Below the pieces are notes generated by a model. It was not told the DNA's origin, made no database searches, and saw only the letters and a list, made by a program, of their open reading frames with translations. 64,000 nt of DNA from an uncultured Phycisphaerales bacterium (GTDB lineage: Bacteria; Planctomycetota; Phycisphaerae; Tepidisphaerales; Tepidisphaeraceae): contig CAVWLP010000002.1 of assembly GCA_963755915.1 (NCBI GenBank), positions 3,456,001-3,520,000 on the forward strand. The letters run 5' to 3'. The translations under genes were made by a program, and so were the position numbers. Positions within the stretch are counted from its first letter, which is position 1, and the number at the start of each line of letters is the position of its first letter. Below, in pieces: positions 1 through 11,531 of the stretch.

Positions 1-2183
1 CGTATCGGTTGACGGTTTTACACTGGGAGGCTTTTCCACCGGTGCCGGCTATTACTCGCTAGGCGCCGGAACCTTGACCTCTAGCAGTGAAGAAATCATC
101 GGCAGCGCCGGCAGTGCCACTTTCCTCCAGACCGGTGGAACCAACACGGTCACGGGTCCCCTTGAAATTGGCTACGCGAGTTCCCTGAGCAGTACCTACG
201 AACTTCAAGGCGGAACGCTGATCGCCAACTCCGCGACCGTTGCAAACTACTACTTCGCACAGGATACTTTGATTCAGTCGGGGGGCACTTGCCTCATCAA
301 CGGAAATTTGACCCTCGGCAACGAAGACGATGCCGAGGGTTCCTACTCGCTTAACGCCGGCGCTGCCACCGTTGCCGGCAATTGCTACGTCGGTGCATCC
401 AATACCTTTGTCCAGGGAACCCTGAGCGTCAGCGGTGCAGATCTCACCGTCGACGGAATCGTCAACGGGTACACCTTTCCCTATTCATCCATCTATCTCT
501 CCTCCGGAACACTCTCCGTCGGCGGGTTGAATCTCAACGGCGATCCTTCCGTCCTCTCCTGGACCGGCGGCACCCTCAATTTCCTCAACGGCTTCACAGT
601 CGATGCCAACTCTGCGCCTCGGTGAGTACGTTTCGCTTACTTCCGGCATGACTCTCTCTTCCAGCAGCACCCTCAACGACAACGGCCAAATCTCCGTCTC
701 CCCCGGCGCGGGCATTTCCGCCAATTTCCTCACCATCGGTGGAATCCTCAACGCCAACGGCGGCTCGATAAACTATTCCGCCCTCACCGTCTCTTCCGGC
801 GGTTCCTTTAACCTCAACTCGCCCCTTACCAATGCTGCACCACTTACCGTCGGTACCGGCGGTGGCGTCTTTCTCAACGGCGCAAACCTCACCAATAACG
901 GCATCATTCAATCTCAGTCCGGCGGACTTATTTCCGGAAGTGGCACTCTCATCAACAATGCCGCCGGCATCATCAGCGGCGCGGGCGAGATCAGCGCCAC
1001 CATCACCAGCAGCGGCACCATCGAACCCCTCGACGGAATGCTGATCCTCTCCGGCTCACTCACCAACACCGGCACCATCTCCGTCCCCATCGGCGGCGAA
1101 GCCCTCGTCGAAGACATGCCCACCAACTCCGCAACCATCTCCCTCGACGGCGGAAACTTCAGCACCAACACCGCCACCCTCCACAACACCGGCCAGATCC
1201 TCGGCTACGGCATTCTCACCACCGGCGGACTCACCAACGACAGCACCCTCGCCCTGGCCGGTGATTCCTCCGTCTACGGCTCCGTCACCAACACCGTCAA
1301 CGGCCTGATCCATCTTTCCGGCGTGCTTCCCAACGTCTTCTACGGCCCCGTGACCAACCGCGGCCAATTGACGGTCGACGCCGGCGGCAACGGCACTCTC
1401 TACGGCGCTTACAACGGCGCAGGCCCCATCCTCGACAACGGCACTCTCTACGTCTACGCCGATTCCGTCGCCGGCCCCATCTCCGGCACGGGAGTAATCA
1501 CGATTGGTTCCACATCCTCCGGCCCCGCCGTCGTCATGCTCAACACCAACAGCGGCTTGAGCACGCAGGATGGCCTCAACCTCGTCGCCGGCTCCACGCT
1601 CGACATCGCCAACAACCATTTCATCCTCAATTATGGCAGCGGCTCCGACCCGATTGCCTCCATCGCCGCCTATATCAAGAGCGGATACAACGGCGGCTCC
1701 TGGAACGGCCCGGGCATCATCTCCTCGAGCGCGCAACTCCTCACTGACGGCCACGCCTATGGCGTGGGCTGGGCCGACGGCGCGGATGGCGTCGTAACCG
1801 GGCTCTCCTCCGGCCAGATCGAAATCAAATACACACTCCTCGGCGACGCCAATTTGGATGGCACCGTCAACGGAAGCGATTTCTCCATCCTCGCCTCCAA
1901 TTTCGGCAAAGGCTACACCAACTGGGATCAGGGAAACTTTCTTTACGGCAGCTCCGTCAACGGCTCCGATTTCGCCGCCCTCGCCGCCAACTTCGGCCAG
2001 GGCGACAACGGCGCCAATGCCGCGGTTTCCGCCGCCGACATCGCGGCCCTGGATTCGTTCGCCATCGCCAACGGTTTGCCTTTGCCCACGATCGGCGCGG
2101 TGCCCGAACCCGCAGCCGATTCACTTTTGCTCTTGTCCGTCGTGGGTACCCTGTACCGCCGGCGAAGGATCATTCAGGATTGA
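1..2183 (+). CDS. PEP-CTERM exported protein with autotransporter-like beta-strand repeats and dockerin-like domain (5' truncated by window; frameshift near 620)
   Basis: ORFs 74-625 and 603-2183 are G/S/T/N-rich repeats; GDANLDGTVNGSDF dockerin-like motif; C-terminal VPEP + hydrophobic stretch + RRRR. Confidence 0.85.
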
Positions 2184-2220
2184 ACTCGTGGAGCCGGGGC
2201 GCCAGCCCGTCTTCCCTCCC

Positions 2221-3192
2221 CTAAAATTTTTCCCCCACCATCTCCTCGCTCTTCTTCCAAAGTTTCCGGGCCGTCTCCCGATCCAGCGCATAAGCTCGCA
2301 CTCCCTCGCTCACGCCGGTCATCTCATTCGGAAAAACTTCGCCTACATGGCAATTCTCGCAATACCGACCGCCGACTTCCTCGCCCGGTGCCACCACTGC
2401 CGCCCACACTGAAGTCGCCGCTCCCTGCGGAACCGTCTTCCATATAATCGGCGGCTTCCCCTGCGCCACCAGTTGCCGGCTCATCTCGTCGATTCTCGCC
2501 CGCAGTTGATCCAGATCCATGTGCCGCGCCAGCTCGGTCTGAATGACTCCCGGATGCACCGCCGTTGCCCGCACGCCGCGGCTGCGGTGCCGCTCGTCCA
2601 GCGCCACCGCAAACAGAATATTTGCCGTCTTCGACCGCCCATAGGCCACGAACGGCTCATATTTCGTCCGCTCGAAGTTCGGATCCTCCAGATCGACGTT
2701 GGAAAACCGATGCCCCGCCGAGGAAAGGTTCACGATCCTTCCGCCGCGGCGGATCAGCGGCGCCAGCCGGTTGATGAGCACAAAATGCCCGAGGTGGTTG
2801 GTCCCAAACTGCGTTTCGAATCCGTCCACGGTGTGCCCGAACGGCGTCGCCATCACCCCCGCATTGGCGATGATCCCATCCAGCGGTTCGCCCCTTTTCA
2901 CCAGCCCATCCGCGCATGCCCGCACGCTGCGAAGGTGCCCCAGGTCCAGCTCCACCAGCTCCAATCCCCCGCCCCCCGCGGTGGCATCCCTGCGCACCTG
3001 CTCCATTGCTTTCTGAGCCTTGTTCAAATCCCGCGCCGCCCCAATCACGCTTGCCCCATGTGCCGTCAGCGCCCGTGCCGTCTCCACTCCTATCCCCGCC
3101 GACACTCCCGTTACCAGGATCCGCTTCCCATCCAGCCGAACACCGGCCAGAACATCTTCCGTCGTTGAATTCGCTCCAAAATGATTTGCCAT
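2221..3192 (-). CDS. SDR family oxidoreductase (retinol dehydrogenase-like)
   Basis: TGVSAGIG, NAGVM, FGTNHLGHF, YGRSK motifs. Confidence 0.9.
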   Translation of the reverse strand: MANHFGANSTTEDVLAGVRLDGKRILVTGVSAGIGVETARALTAHGASVIGAARDLNKAQKAMEQVRRDATAGGGGLELVELDLGHLRSVRACADGLVKRGEPLDGIIANAGVMATPFGHTVDGFETQFGTNHLGHFVLINRLAPLIRRGGRIVNLSSAGHRFSNVDLEDPNFERTKYEPFVAYGRSKTANILFAVALDERHRSRGVRATAVHPGVIQTELARHMDLDQLRARIDEMSRQLVAQGKPPIIWKTVPQGAATSVWAAVVAPGEEVGGRYCENCHVGEVFPNEMTGVSEGVRAYALDRETARKLWKKSEEMVGEKF

Positions 3193-3277
3193 GCAAAACG
3201 GTAGGAGCCAAATCGCGATTTGGCCACTCCCCATGATGCCCACGCACACCCCTGAAAGCCCAAATTCAAAAAAATAA

Positions 3278-3333
3278 TCTCATGCAGAGGCGCAAAGGGG
3301 AAAATCTCTGCGTCTCTGCGCCTCTGCGTGAGA
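3278..3333. repeat. Dispersed palindromic repeat TCTCA(C/T)GCAGAGGCGCA...TGCGCCTCTGCGTGAGA
   Basis: Inverted arms; near-identical copies at 29084-29146 and at 37434-37497 + 39471-39477. Confidence 0.85.
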
Positions 3334-3340
3334 CTCGTCT

Positions 3341-5426
3341 TTAGGCCGGACTTTGCAACGCCTTCAGCAATGCTTGCAGATGGCCTTCATAATGCCGCCA
3401 TCGCCCCACCGACCGCGTATAGATCGGCTGGCGCACCTGCCAGGCGCTGGCCGTCAAAACCGTGTTGCGGCTCCGATGATATTCAAGGCACGCCGGGTCC
3501 CAGCTCACGCCCAGAAACTCAATCAACCGCCGGCTCTGCCCCTCCAGGTTGGCCACCACCGATTCGTATTCGATCTCGATCATGCGCAGCGGCAGCGCCC
3601 GGCGCCAATGCTCCGCCAGACGGTCGATTTCCCTCTGCCAGTGTCCGCAGTGGGCCAGGTCAAACGAAAATGTGTTGCCGGTCCGGAAGCGCCGGAAATA
3701 ACAGGACAGGCATGTGTCCCGCGGATCGCGCCGGCAGATCACCACCCGCGCCGGGGAACATCAACGCCACCATTCCCAGGTAAAGAATATTACTGGGCGT
3801 CTTGTCGATGATCCGCAGTGCGCTGCCGTCCAATTCGCGAAGGTGCCGCAGGTGTTGCGCGGCGGCGCCTTTAATCGCTTCGCGCGTCCAGGCGATCGGC
3901 GCCATGCGACCATCAGACGGGCTCCAGGATTCCGCGATCCGCCGGATGGCCCACATTTCCCCGGCGCCGTGAATCTGCGGATGCCCCGCTGCGATCTGCT
4001 GCACCAGTGTCGTCCCCGAGCGCGGCATCCCCACCACAAACACCGGAAGCTCCGTCTCATCCCCCCAATCTCGGCGCAGAGCAAAAAATGACGCAGAAAA
4101 TGTTTCGATCAGGTCACTGATCTGCTGATGCGATGCGGCCGGGTCGTACGTGTCTCCCGTCGCCTCTCGAAGCCGCTTTTCGCTTGCGTTCGCTTTTGCA
4201 AACAGCGCAAAAGCCTCTTCAAACCGTTGGGCATCATCCAGCACGCTCGCCAGCGCGAACTCCATCCCCACCCGCTGCTCGTCGGTGAGATTCGTCTGAT
4301 TCAGCGCCTCCGCCAACTGCTGGATCTCCTGCTCCGATTTTATCGCCCCGGTCCCCGCGAGGTTGTAATGGGCGGCGGGCGAATTGGGCTGCATCTCCAG
4401 GACCTTTCGGAAACAATTGGCCGCCTCATCGAACTCGCCCATCGACCGCAGGACTAATCCCAGATCATTCCACGCCGAAACCAGCGCCGGATTGACGGCC
4501 AGCGCCGCGCGGAAACATCTCACGGCTTCTCGCGCCGACGCCTCATCGCGCCGGTGCAGCAGAATCTCCGCCATCGCGTAATGCGTCAGCGCCGCGTCCG
4601 GATTCAGCGCCGCCGCCCTCGCCTGGCAGGCCAGCGCTTCCTCGAACCGCTGCAAGGCTGCCAGCATCACCGCCATTCGCGCGTGCGCCTCATAAAAATC
4701 CGGCTTGGCCGCCGCCGCCTTTGCATAACTCGCCAGCGCATCCTCAAATCGCCCCAGCCAGTCATAAACCCGCGCCAGGCCGCTCAGCGCCTCCACGGAA
4801 TCCGGCTTGAATTGCAGCGCACGGCGATAAGACGCAATCGATTCTTCCCCGCGCCCACTAACGCGATGCACCTCTGCCAGGCTGATATGCGCCGCCGCGA
4901 AATCCGACTTGAGGGCGATGGCCCGCAAAAGAGCCGACTGCGCTTCGTCAAAATGATTCTGCCTGACCTGCACATTCCCCAGCTCATAGAAAGCCCAAAA
5001 ATCGTTCGGATTGAGTTCAGTCGCGCGCCCAAGCTCAACAGCAGCCTCCTCCAGCCGCCCGCCCAGCGCCAGCATCGCCCCCAGGTTGCGGTGCGCCATG
5101 GCGTCGCCGGGCCGAAGCTTCAGCACCGCGCGGTAGCTCTCGCCGGCGCCATCGATGTCCCCCTTGCTCGCGCGCACCGCGGCCATGGTCTTATGTGCAT
5201 CCGGATCATCGGGATTGATTTCGATCGCCCGCCCGGCGAGTTCCGCCGCTTCCTCAAGCTTGCCCTGCTGCCCCAGCAACGTCGCCAGCCGATGCAGCGT
5301 CCGCGCATCCCCCGGCCGCCGCGCCAAAACTTCCCGGTAGATTTTCTCGGCTCCCGTTAAGTCTCCCGTGCGCTGATGCCGCCGAGCCGATTCGATTTGC
5401 CTGTCGATCTCAGGGTTCGATTCCAT
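3341..5426 (-). CDS. TPR-repeat sulfotransferase family protein (frameshift near 3750)
   Basis: Multiple TPRs; FVVGMPRSGTTLV PAPS-binding motif; IDKTP; C-terminal TASAWQVRQPIY in second frame. Confidence 0.9.
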
Positions 5427-5479
5427 TCCAGAAATGGCTCATTAAAGCCGAAAATTGCTTGCCCATTCCACCCAATCCA

Positions 5480-5515
5480 CCCAGTTTGTTGCGGGCTGTT
5501 ACCTTTTGTACCCAA
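5480..5515. repeat. Short dispersed repeat, copy 1 (copy 2 inverted at ~59165-59199)
   Basis: ACCCAGtTTGTTGCGGgCTGTTACCTTTTGTACCC matches the reverse complement at 59.2 kb with two mismatches. Confidence 0.7.
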
Positions 5516-5539
5516 TGCCTCCCGCCCCCAAAAAAAATC

Positions 5540-8500
5540 TCACTCTGTAGAAAACTGATAATTCCCCGACTCAATTTCAAACACCGCATCGCTCCCTTCC
5601 ATCCTCAAAAATTTCCCATCCGTTAGATGCACCGACTTCTGCGACTTCGCTGGAATATAAACCGTTCCCGTCACCCCGGGCGGAATCGTCACCCCCAGCC
5701 GCACGCCGGTGGAATCCCGATGCCATTCCGTCGAGATCGGCCCGCGGATCGAGTCATACTGCGCCTTCACCCAGGTGATGTCTCCCGCCATCGCCGGCTT
5801 GATCACTACCCGATCCCACGCCACCGAATCGGCCGCCGGCTGAATCCCCGCCAGATCGCGGTAAAACCATTCAAAAATATGCCCCAGCATCAGATGATCC
5901 TGCGACGCGTTCGGATTCGCATCCCACGCCTCCGTCAGGCTCGTCGCCCCGGCGCCAGTTGCAGCCCATAACCAGGCCGGTCTGTCTGGTTGTTCACTTC
6001 AAAAATCTCATCCGACCTCCCATGCTCCGCCAGCGCCTGTAGGACGAATCGATATCCCACATCCCCCGCGGTGAGCCCATCCCCGCGCGATTTCATATCC
6101 GCAACGATGTGATCGACGATCGCCGGCACATCCGCCGCGGGGGCAAGCCCGAACACCACCGGAATCGCGTTAGCCGTCTGGCTCCCCGTCGCATAAAACT
6201 TCCGGTCGGCGTGATAAAACGCCTTGTTAAACGCCTCTTTCACGGTCGCCGCCCGCGCATCAAACTGCCGCGCATCGTCACCGTTGCCGAGCACTCGCGC
6301 CGCATCTGCGACCGTGCACAGATCGCGATAGTAGAACGCCGTCGCCGTCAGCGGGATCGGCGTGAGCTGCGAAACGCCGGGCGCATGCGGACCAAGGTCA
6401 TACCAGTCCCCCAGCCCATAACTCACCAGACCGTCTTTCGATCTGCTCGAAAGATACCCCACATAATTCTTCATCATCTCATACGAATCCCCGAGCACCT
6501 GCGTATCCCCGTACCACTGGTACATCATCCACGGAATCATCACCGAGGCGCTTCCCCACTCCGGCGAATCCCGAAAGGCATTTTTAAAATTCACATACTC
6601 CGGCGCAATATCCGGCACCAGCCCGTCCTTGTGCTGCGCATCCCGCATGTCTCCCGAAACCTTGGTGAGCAGCGCCGCCAGGTCATGATCGTAAAGCAGC
6701 GACGGCCCCATCAGATGGTCTTGCTCCAGCCAGCCGAGCCTTTCCCGGTGCGGGCAGTCGGTGATGATGCTCATCGTGTTGCTGCGAATCGCCCAGTCGA
6801 TCAACGTCGCGACGCGATTAAACAGATCGCTCGAGCATGAAAATTCCCCCGCCGGCGCCGACGAGCTGGTGATGAAATTGCCTTCGATCGAAATCAACGT
6901 CGGCCAATTCGGATTTCCCATCGCCCCCGGCGGCGACGCGCCGCGCACCTGAAAATAGCGGCACCCGTAATACGAAAATGAAGGCGTCCAATTGTCCCGC
7001 CCTTTTCCGGAAAGCGTAAACGTAAAATACATCGGACCCTTCCCCATCGACCGCTGCGCGACCATCCCATCCGCATTCAGCACCTCCCCCGGAAAAATTC
7101 GCACCTCGGTGCCCGCAGCGCCTTCCACCGCGATCGAAGGAATCATGGCGCAGTTCTGCCCCATGTCGTAAAGATAATCCCCATTTTTCAATGGAGTCAC
7201 CGAAACCGGATCGAGGACATACGCCACCCGAATCGGCGGCGCCGACTGGCTCGAGCAGCGCAACACACCGCCCGGCCCGTTCATCACCGTCGCGCTCGCC
7301 CAGTCCGAATCCGCGAAATCGGGCAGGTCCCACCCCGGCGGCCTCAAACTCGCGTCAAAATCCTCTCCGCCGTAAATGCTAGAAAAGGTGATCGGCCCCG
7401 CGGCCACTTTCCAGGTCTGGTCGGTTGCCACGTGCTGCACCGATCCATCCTGGTTCTCAATCGTCATCTGGGCGATCACCTGCGGCGAGCCCATCGAGCC
7501 GATGAATTTCACGTATCGCCCCGGCGTCGAGTTATACATCCCGTTGCCGAGCATCACGCCAATCGCATTCGCCCCCGGCTTGAGGAGCGACGTCACGTCA
7601 TATCCGACGTACAAACACGTTTTGCGATAATCGGTCCACCCCGGCTGAAGCAGATCGCTGCTCAGCACCTGCCCGTTGATGTGCAGCTCAAATTGCCCCA
7701 GCCCGCAGATATAAAGGACCGCGCGCTCGGCGCGGCAGGCAGGGTAAATTCCTTACGCAGAATCGGCAGTGCCGGCCCCTGGACCGGCGGCACGCGCCAC
7801 GGTTTGTCGCCGTAATGCGCCAGCGTTTGCGCCGGATGCCAATCGCCCCCTCCCGCGATTCCCGATTCAAGCATCGAATCCCAGGAGGCATTGGTGGCGA
7901 AAATGCGCGGCCCATCTGCCGAATCCTGAATGACGGCCCCCACGATGCCGTCCCGCTGGCCCGTCGAGGTCGCCATCACCGATAGATCGTGCTTGCCGGG
8001 TGCGAGCGGACCGAGATTGAAGGTGCGGGCGCGAAGCGGATCGTCGACGCTGCCGACGTCTTTGCCGTCGAGATAGATGGTGGCGGTATCCGAAGCCGCC
8101 AGGACCAGCCAGGTCTGCGCCGCTGGGTCCGTCGATTCCATTTCGAAGGACTTGCGAAAGACCGCCAGCGCCCCGGCGCGGACGTCGAATTGCCGCTCAG
8201 CGGCCAGATCCACTGGGCGGTTTGCAAGTCGACGGCGCGCGGTTCATCGCCGCGCCCGATCCATTGCGCCCGCCAGTCGCCCGGCGCGAGCAGGCCCATC
8301 GTCCACGTTGCCGGTTCCGTCCAGTCGGACGGGCTGTCGTTCTTGTCCCACACCCGCACTTTCCAGAAATATCGCTCGCCGGAAACGAGCGCCTTGCCGG
8401 CGTAGGGAATTTGAATGGCGTCCGGCGATTTAACCTTTCCCGTGTCCCACAGATCGCCGGTGTCCTTGCCGAGAAGATCGGCAGTGGTAGCGACGAGAAT

Positions 8501-8689
8501 CTGATAGGCCGTCTGAGATTCGGCCTGCTGATCCGAGTTCAACACCCAGCTAAAGCGGGGCGAAGTCGTATCGATGCCGATCGGGTTTTCGCGATACTCG
8601 CAGCGAAGGTCGCCGACGTTCAGGTCGGCGGTGCGCGATACCGGCGCAACCAGGAGCATCACAAAAATCGAAAGAATTATTGAGCGCAT
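5540..8689 (-). CDS. Alpha-L-rhamnosidase, GH78 (about 3 frameshifts)
   Basis: Signal peptide + LRCEYRENPIGID; TDCPHRERLGW; GLGDW; HMLGHIFEWFY across ORFs 7976-8689, 7662-8213, 5935-7668, 5540-5890. Confidence 0.9.
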
Positions 8690-11056
8690 TGCAACGTCAA
8701 ATCGTAAACAAAAACCGGCTCGACGCCGACCAGATCTGCCCGCTCGTCCGGACGGCGATCGGACTGGATAAAGATCGGCGCTTTCAGGGGCATCGGCAGA
8801 ATTTTAATCGTGATCCCGGCTTTAAAGATATCCGGTGCGAAACGCTTCAGCTCGATTTCCCATGGAGCGCCGTAATAGAAATCATCGTCGATAAGTCTAT
8901 CGCCAATATACGCCCGCGCGGCGTCGCCGACATAATCGATCCGAAGGAGCGCATTATCGACCCCATTCAGGGCGTCAGATGATGGCTTGATCTCCCACAC
9001 ACCCGCGGAGTCGAAATCCGCATCGCCGGGGGGAAGCGGCTTGTGCCGCGCGCCTATCTCCAGTGGCCGCGGAGACCCTGCCGATTGGAGCTGATGCACA
9101 TCAACCGACATCGTCTTTGCAGGCACCGAAGCGGAATAAATTCCCATGATCCCATCGTTCGATTGCGTAAGCTGCTGTCCCGCGGCGACCGGTGGTTTCG
9201 GCGGCGGGGGGAAGATGCCGATGGAAAGATCCTTAGGATTCTCTGAGGCGCAGGCTTAATGTTGATCCGTCCGCGATCACATCGGCGCGAGACAGCAGCA
9301 GCCGATCCTCTCCCCAAAGCGTCTCCTTGCAACAGTGCATCGCCTGATCGCGGGTCAGAAGCAAAACGCGAACGGAATTTCCGCTGGGAGATTTGAACGT
9401 GCCGGTTCCGTTGTGAACCAGCGCGGCAATCTGATCGGCCGTCGCCCCGGCGATGTCGAACTGCGGATCGGTTCCCGGAATCGAAAAGAAAACGTAGCAG
9501 GGGACCGGACCATCAAGCCGGCAAAGCAATTGCGCCGTGGACGAGCGCAGCGTGACACCGTCCATATCGAGATTAAACGGCCAGATCATGTACGACCCGC
9601 TGGCGATGCTCGCAGGCGCCGCAGGTACAACTTGATTGCCGCCAGCCAGCTCCAGCTCGAATTGAACGTCAGAATGGTCCGGCATATTTGTGCCGCGCTC
9701 ATAATTGTTGACGAAAACGAATCCTGAGTTTCCGTCCGATCGGACGGCCCAGCGTAAAGTCTGATTGTCCGCCAGAGAACTCGGCATGGTGGTTGGAAAA
9801 ACCGAACGCATTGGCGCCAGCTTGGAACCGAAATCGGCCAGAAACATATGTAACAGCCGCAGCGCACGATAGGAATCCCTGATTTGCCCGAATTGTCCGA
9901 TGGGTGCCTGAAAATCGTAGTCGATCACCGGCAGATCGTTGGGATACCCGGTCGCCTGCGATTCCTGAAGCGTGGAGAGCTTTCCAATCAGATCGCCGCC
10001 GCCGTGATACATGTAGTATCCCAGCCCGTTGGCGCCCGAGCCGATTTTGACGAGCGGAAGGGCGGCGATGTCGTCGGTGCTCATGGTGACGCGCCGGGCA
10101 TAGGAGATCGCCATGCCCCCGCCGATTTCGCAGGTCACGTAGGGGTAATGATCCGCCGGCCCCAACACCATCGCGCCGGGTCGGCCGGTCAGATGCTCGG
10201 TGATGTTGGCGTCATCGAGAACGTGCGTAAAGACGTACTGCCGCCGGCCGGTTCGCGAGACGCCGGAATCGGTCAGCCAGAATCCATCCGGATATCCGCC
10301 GTAGAACGGGATCATTTCGTTCTCCGGCCCGCGCGAGCGATTCCAGCCGGTATACGAATAAAGCGGCACATCAAAACCCGCGTTAACCGCCATCTGTTTC
10401 AGCGCCGCCAGATACGGAACCGCGTTTCCGGTTTCGTTGTCGAGTTGAATGCCGATGACCGGTCCGCCATCTTTATAAAGCAAGTCGTCGAGTTGCTTGA
10501 AGACCTGGTCGTACCACGTGCGCGTGTAGCCGAGGAAAACCGGATCGTTTTTTCGCACGCCCTGGTTTTTTTCAGCAGCCAGTCCGGAAAACCGCCGTTG
10601 CGGACTTCGCCGTGACACCAGGGCCCGATGTGCGCATACACATACATCCCATGCTTGGCGCAAAGCTGGACGAATCGCCGCAGATCGCGATTGCCCGTCC
10701 AGTCGAATTTTCCTTCCTGCTCTTCGTGGTAAATCCAGATGCAGTACATCGAGACGACGGTGATTCCGCCGGCCTTCATTTTGAGGATTTCGTCCTCCCA
10801 CTGACTTTCCGGCACCCGGACGTAATGAATTTCCCCCATGATCGGAGACCAGGGTTTGCCACCTAAGGTGAGGTACTGGCTGTTAGCGCTGATTTCGACG
10901 CCTGAAGGATTTTTACCGCCCATTTTCAGTTGGCCGGTGATCGGTGGAGAAATCGGATCAGTTAGATCGGCGGTGAGCGCGGGAGAATCGGCCCAGCCGT
11001 GCGGCGCACACGGCGAGCAGAAGAATGGCCCCTGCAAATATGCCAATCGACTTCAT
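8677..11056 (-). CDS. Beta-galactosidase, GH35 (frameshifted)
   Basis: MGEIHYVRVP, GPWCHGEVRNGG, IGIQLDNE, CEIGGG, GYYMYHGG, YDFQAPIG. Confidence 0.9.
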
Positions 11057-11093
11057 CGCTCGCATCCACCGCGACCTGGCGGTCTTGAAAACT

Positions 11094-11531
11094 TCAGTTG
11101 CTTACGCCGCTCGGCTGGGTGGTCGAACCAACCATTCCCTGGGCCTGCTGCTTGAGCGCCTGCGCCTCGCGCTCCTCGGCATCGGCCCGGCGCTGCGCGG
11201 AATCCGCTTTCTTCTGAGCCTCGGTCTTTGCCTCGAGGTCTTGAAGCTCTTTCTTCTGATTGTCAGACAGGATCGCAAAAATCTCGTCGTGCTCTTTGTC
11301 GCGAAGCTCTTTCTCCTGGAGAAGGGTCTGGGCATGAATCGCGCGAATCTGGGCTTTCTGATCGTCGCTCAGATCCGGCAGCACATTGAACGGCGAAACG
11401 ATCCGGCTGTGCAGCCCCGAAACCTCCGGCTCGGCCGTTGGTTGAGTTGTCGCTTCATCGGCGAAAACGTAAATCCCCGCGCCCAGGAAACCGGCGCAGG
11501 TAAATGCGATCAGGCAGGGTCTGTTTTTCAT
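11094..11531 (-). CDS. Secreted helical protein, Spy/CpxP-like
   Basis: Signal peptide; LSDDQK and ILSDNQK (LTxxQ-like) motifs. Confidence 0.55.
   Translation of the reverse strand: MKNRPCLIAFTCAGFLGAGIYVFADEATTQPTAEPEVSGLHSRIVSPFNVLPDLSDDQKAQIRAIHAQTLLQEKELRDKEHDEIFAILSDNQKKELQDLEAKTEAQKKADSAQRRADAEEREAQALKQQAQGMVGSTTQPSGVSN

Noticed and set aside
600-640. GGTGAGT at the frameshift in the first gene as a spliceosomal donor site
   Set aside because: Bacterial context; the two ORFs overlap and join through a simple indel.
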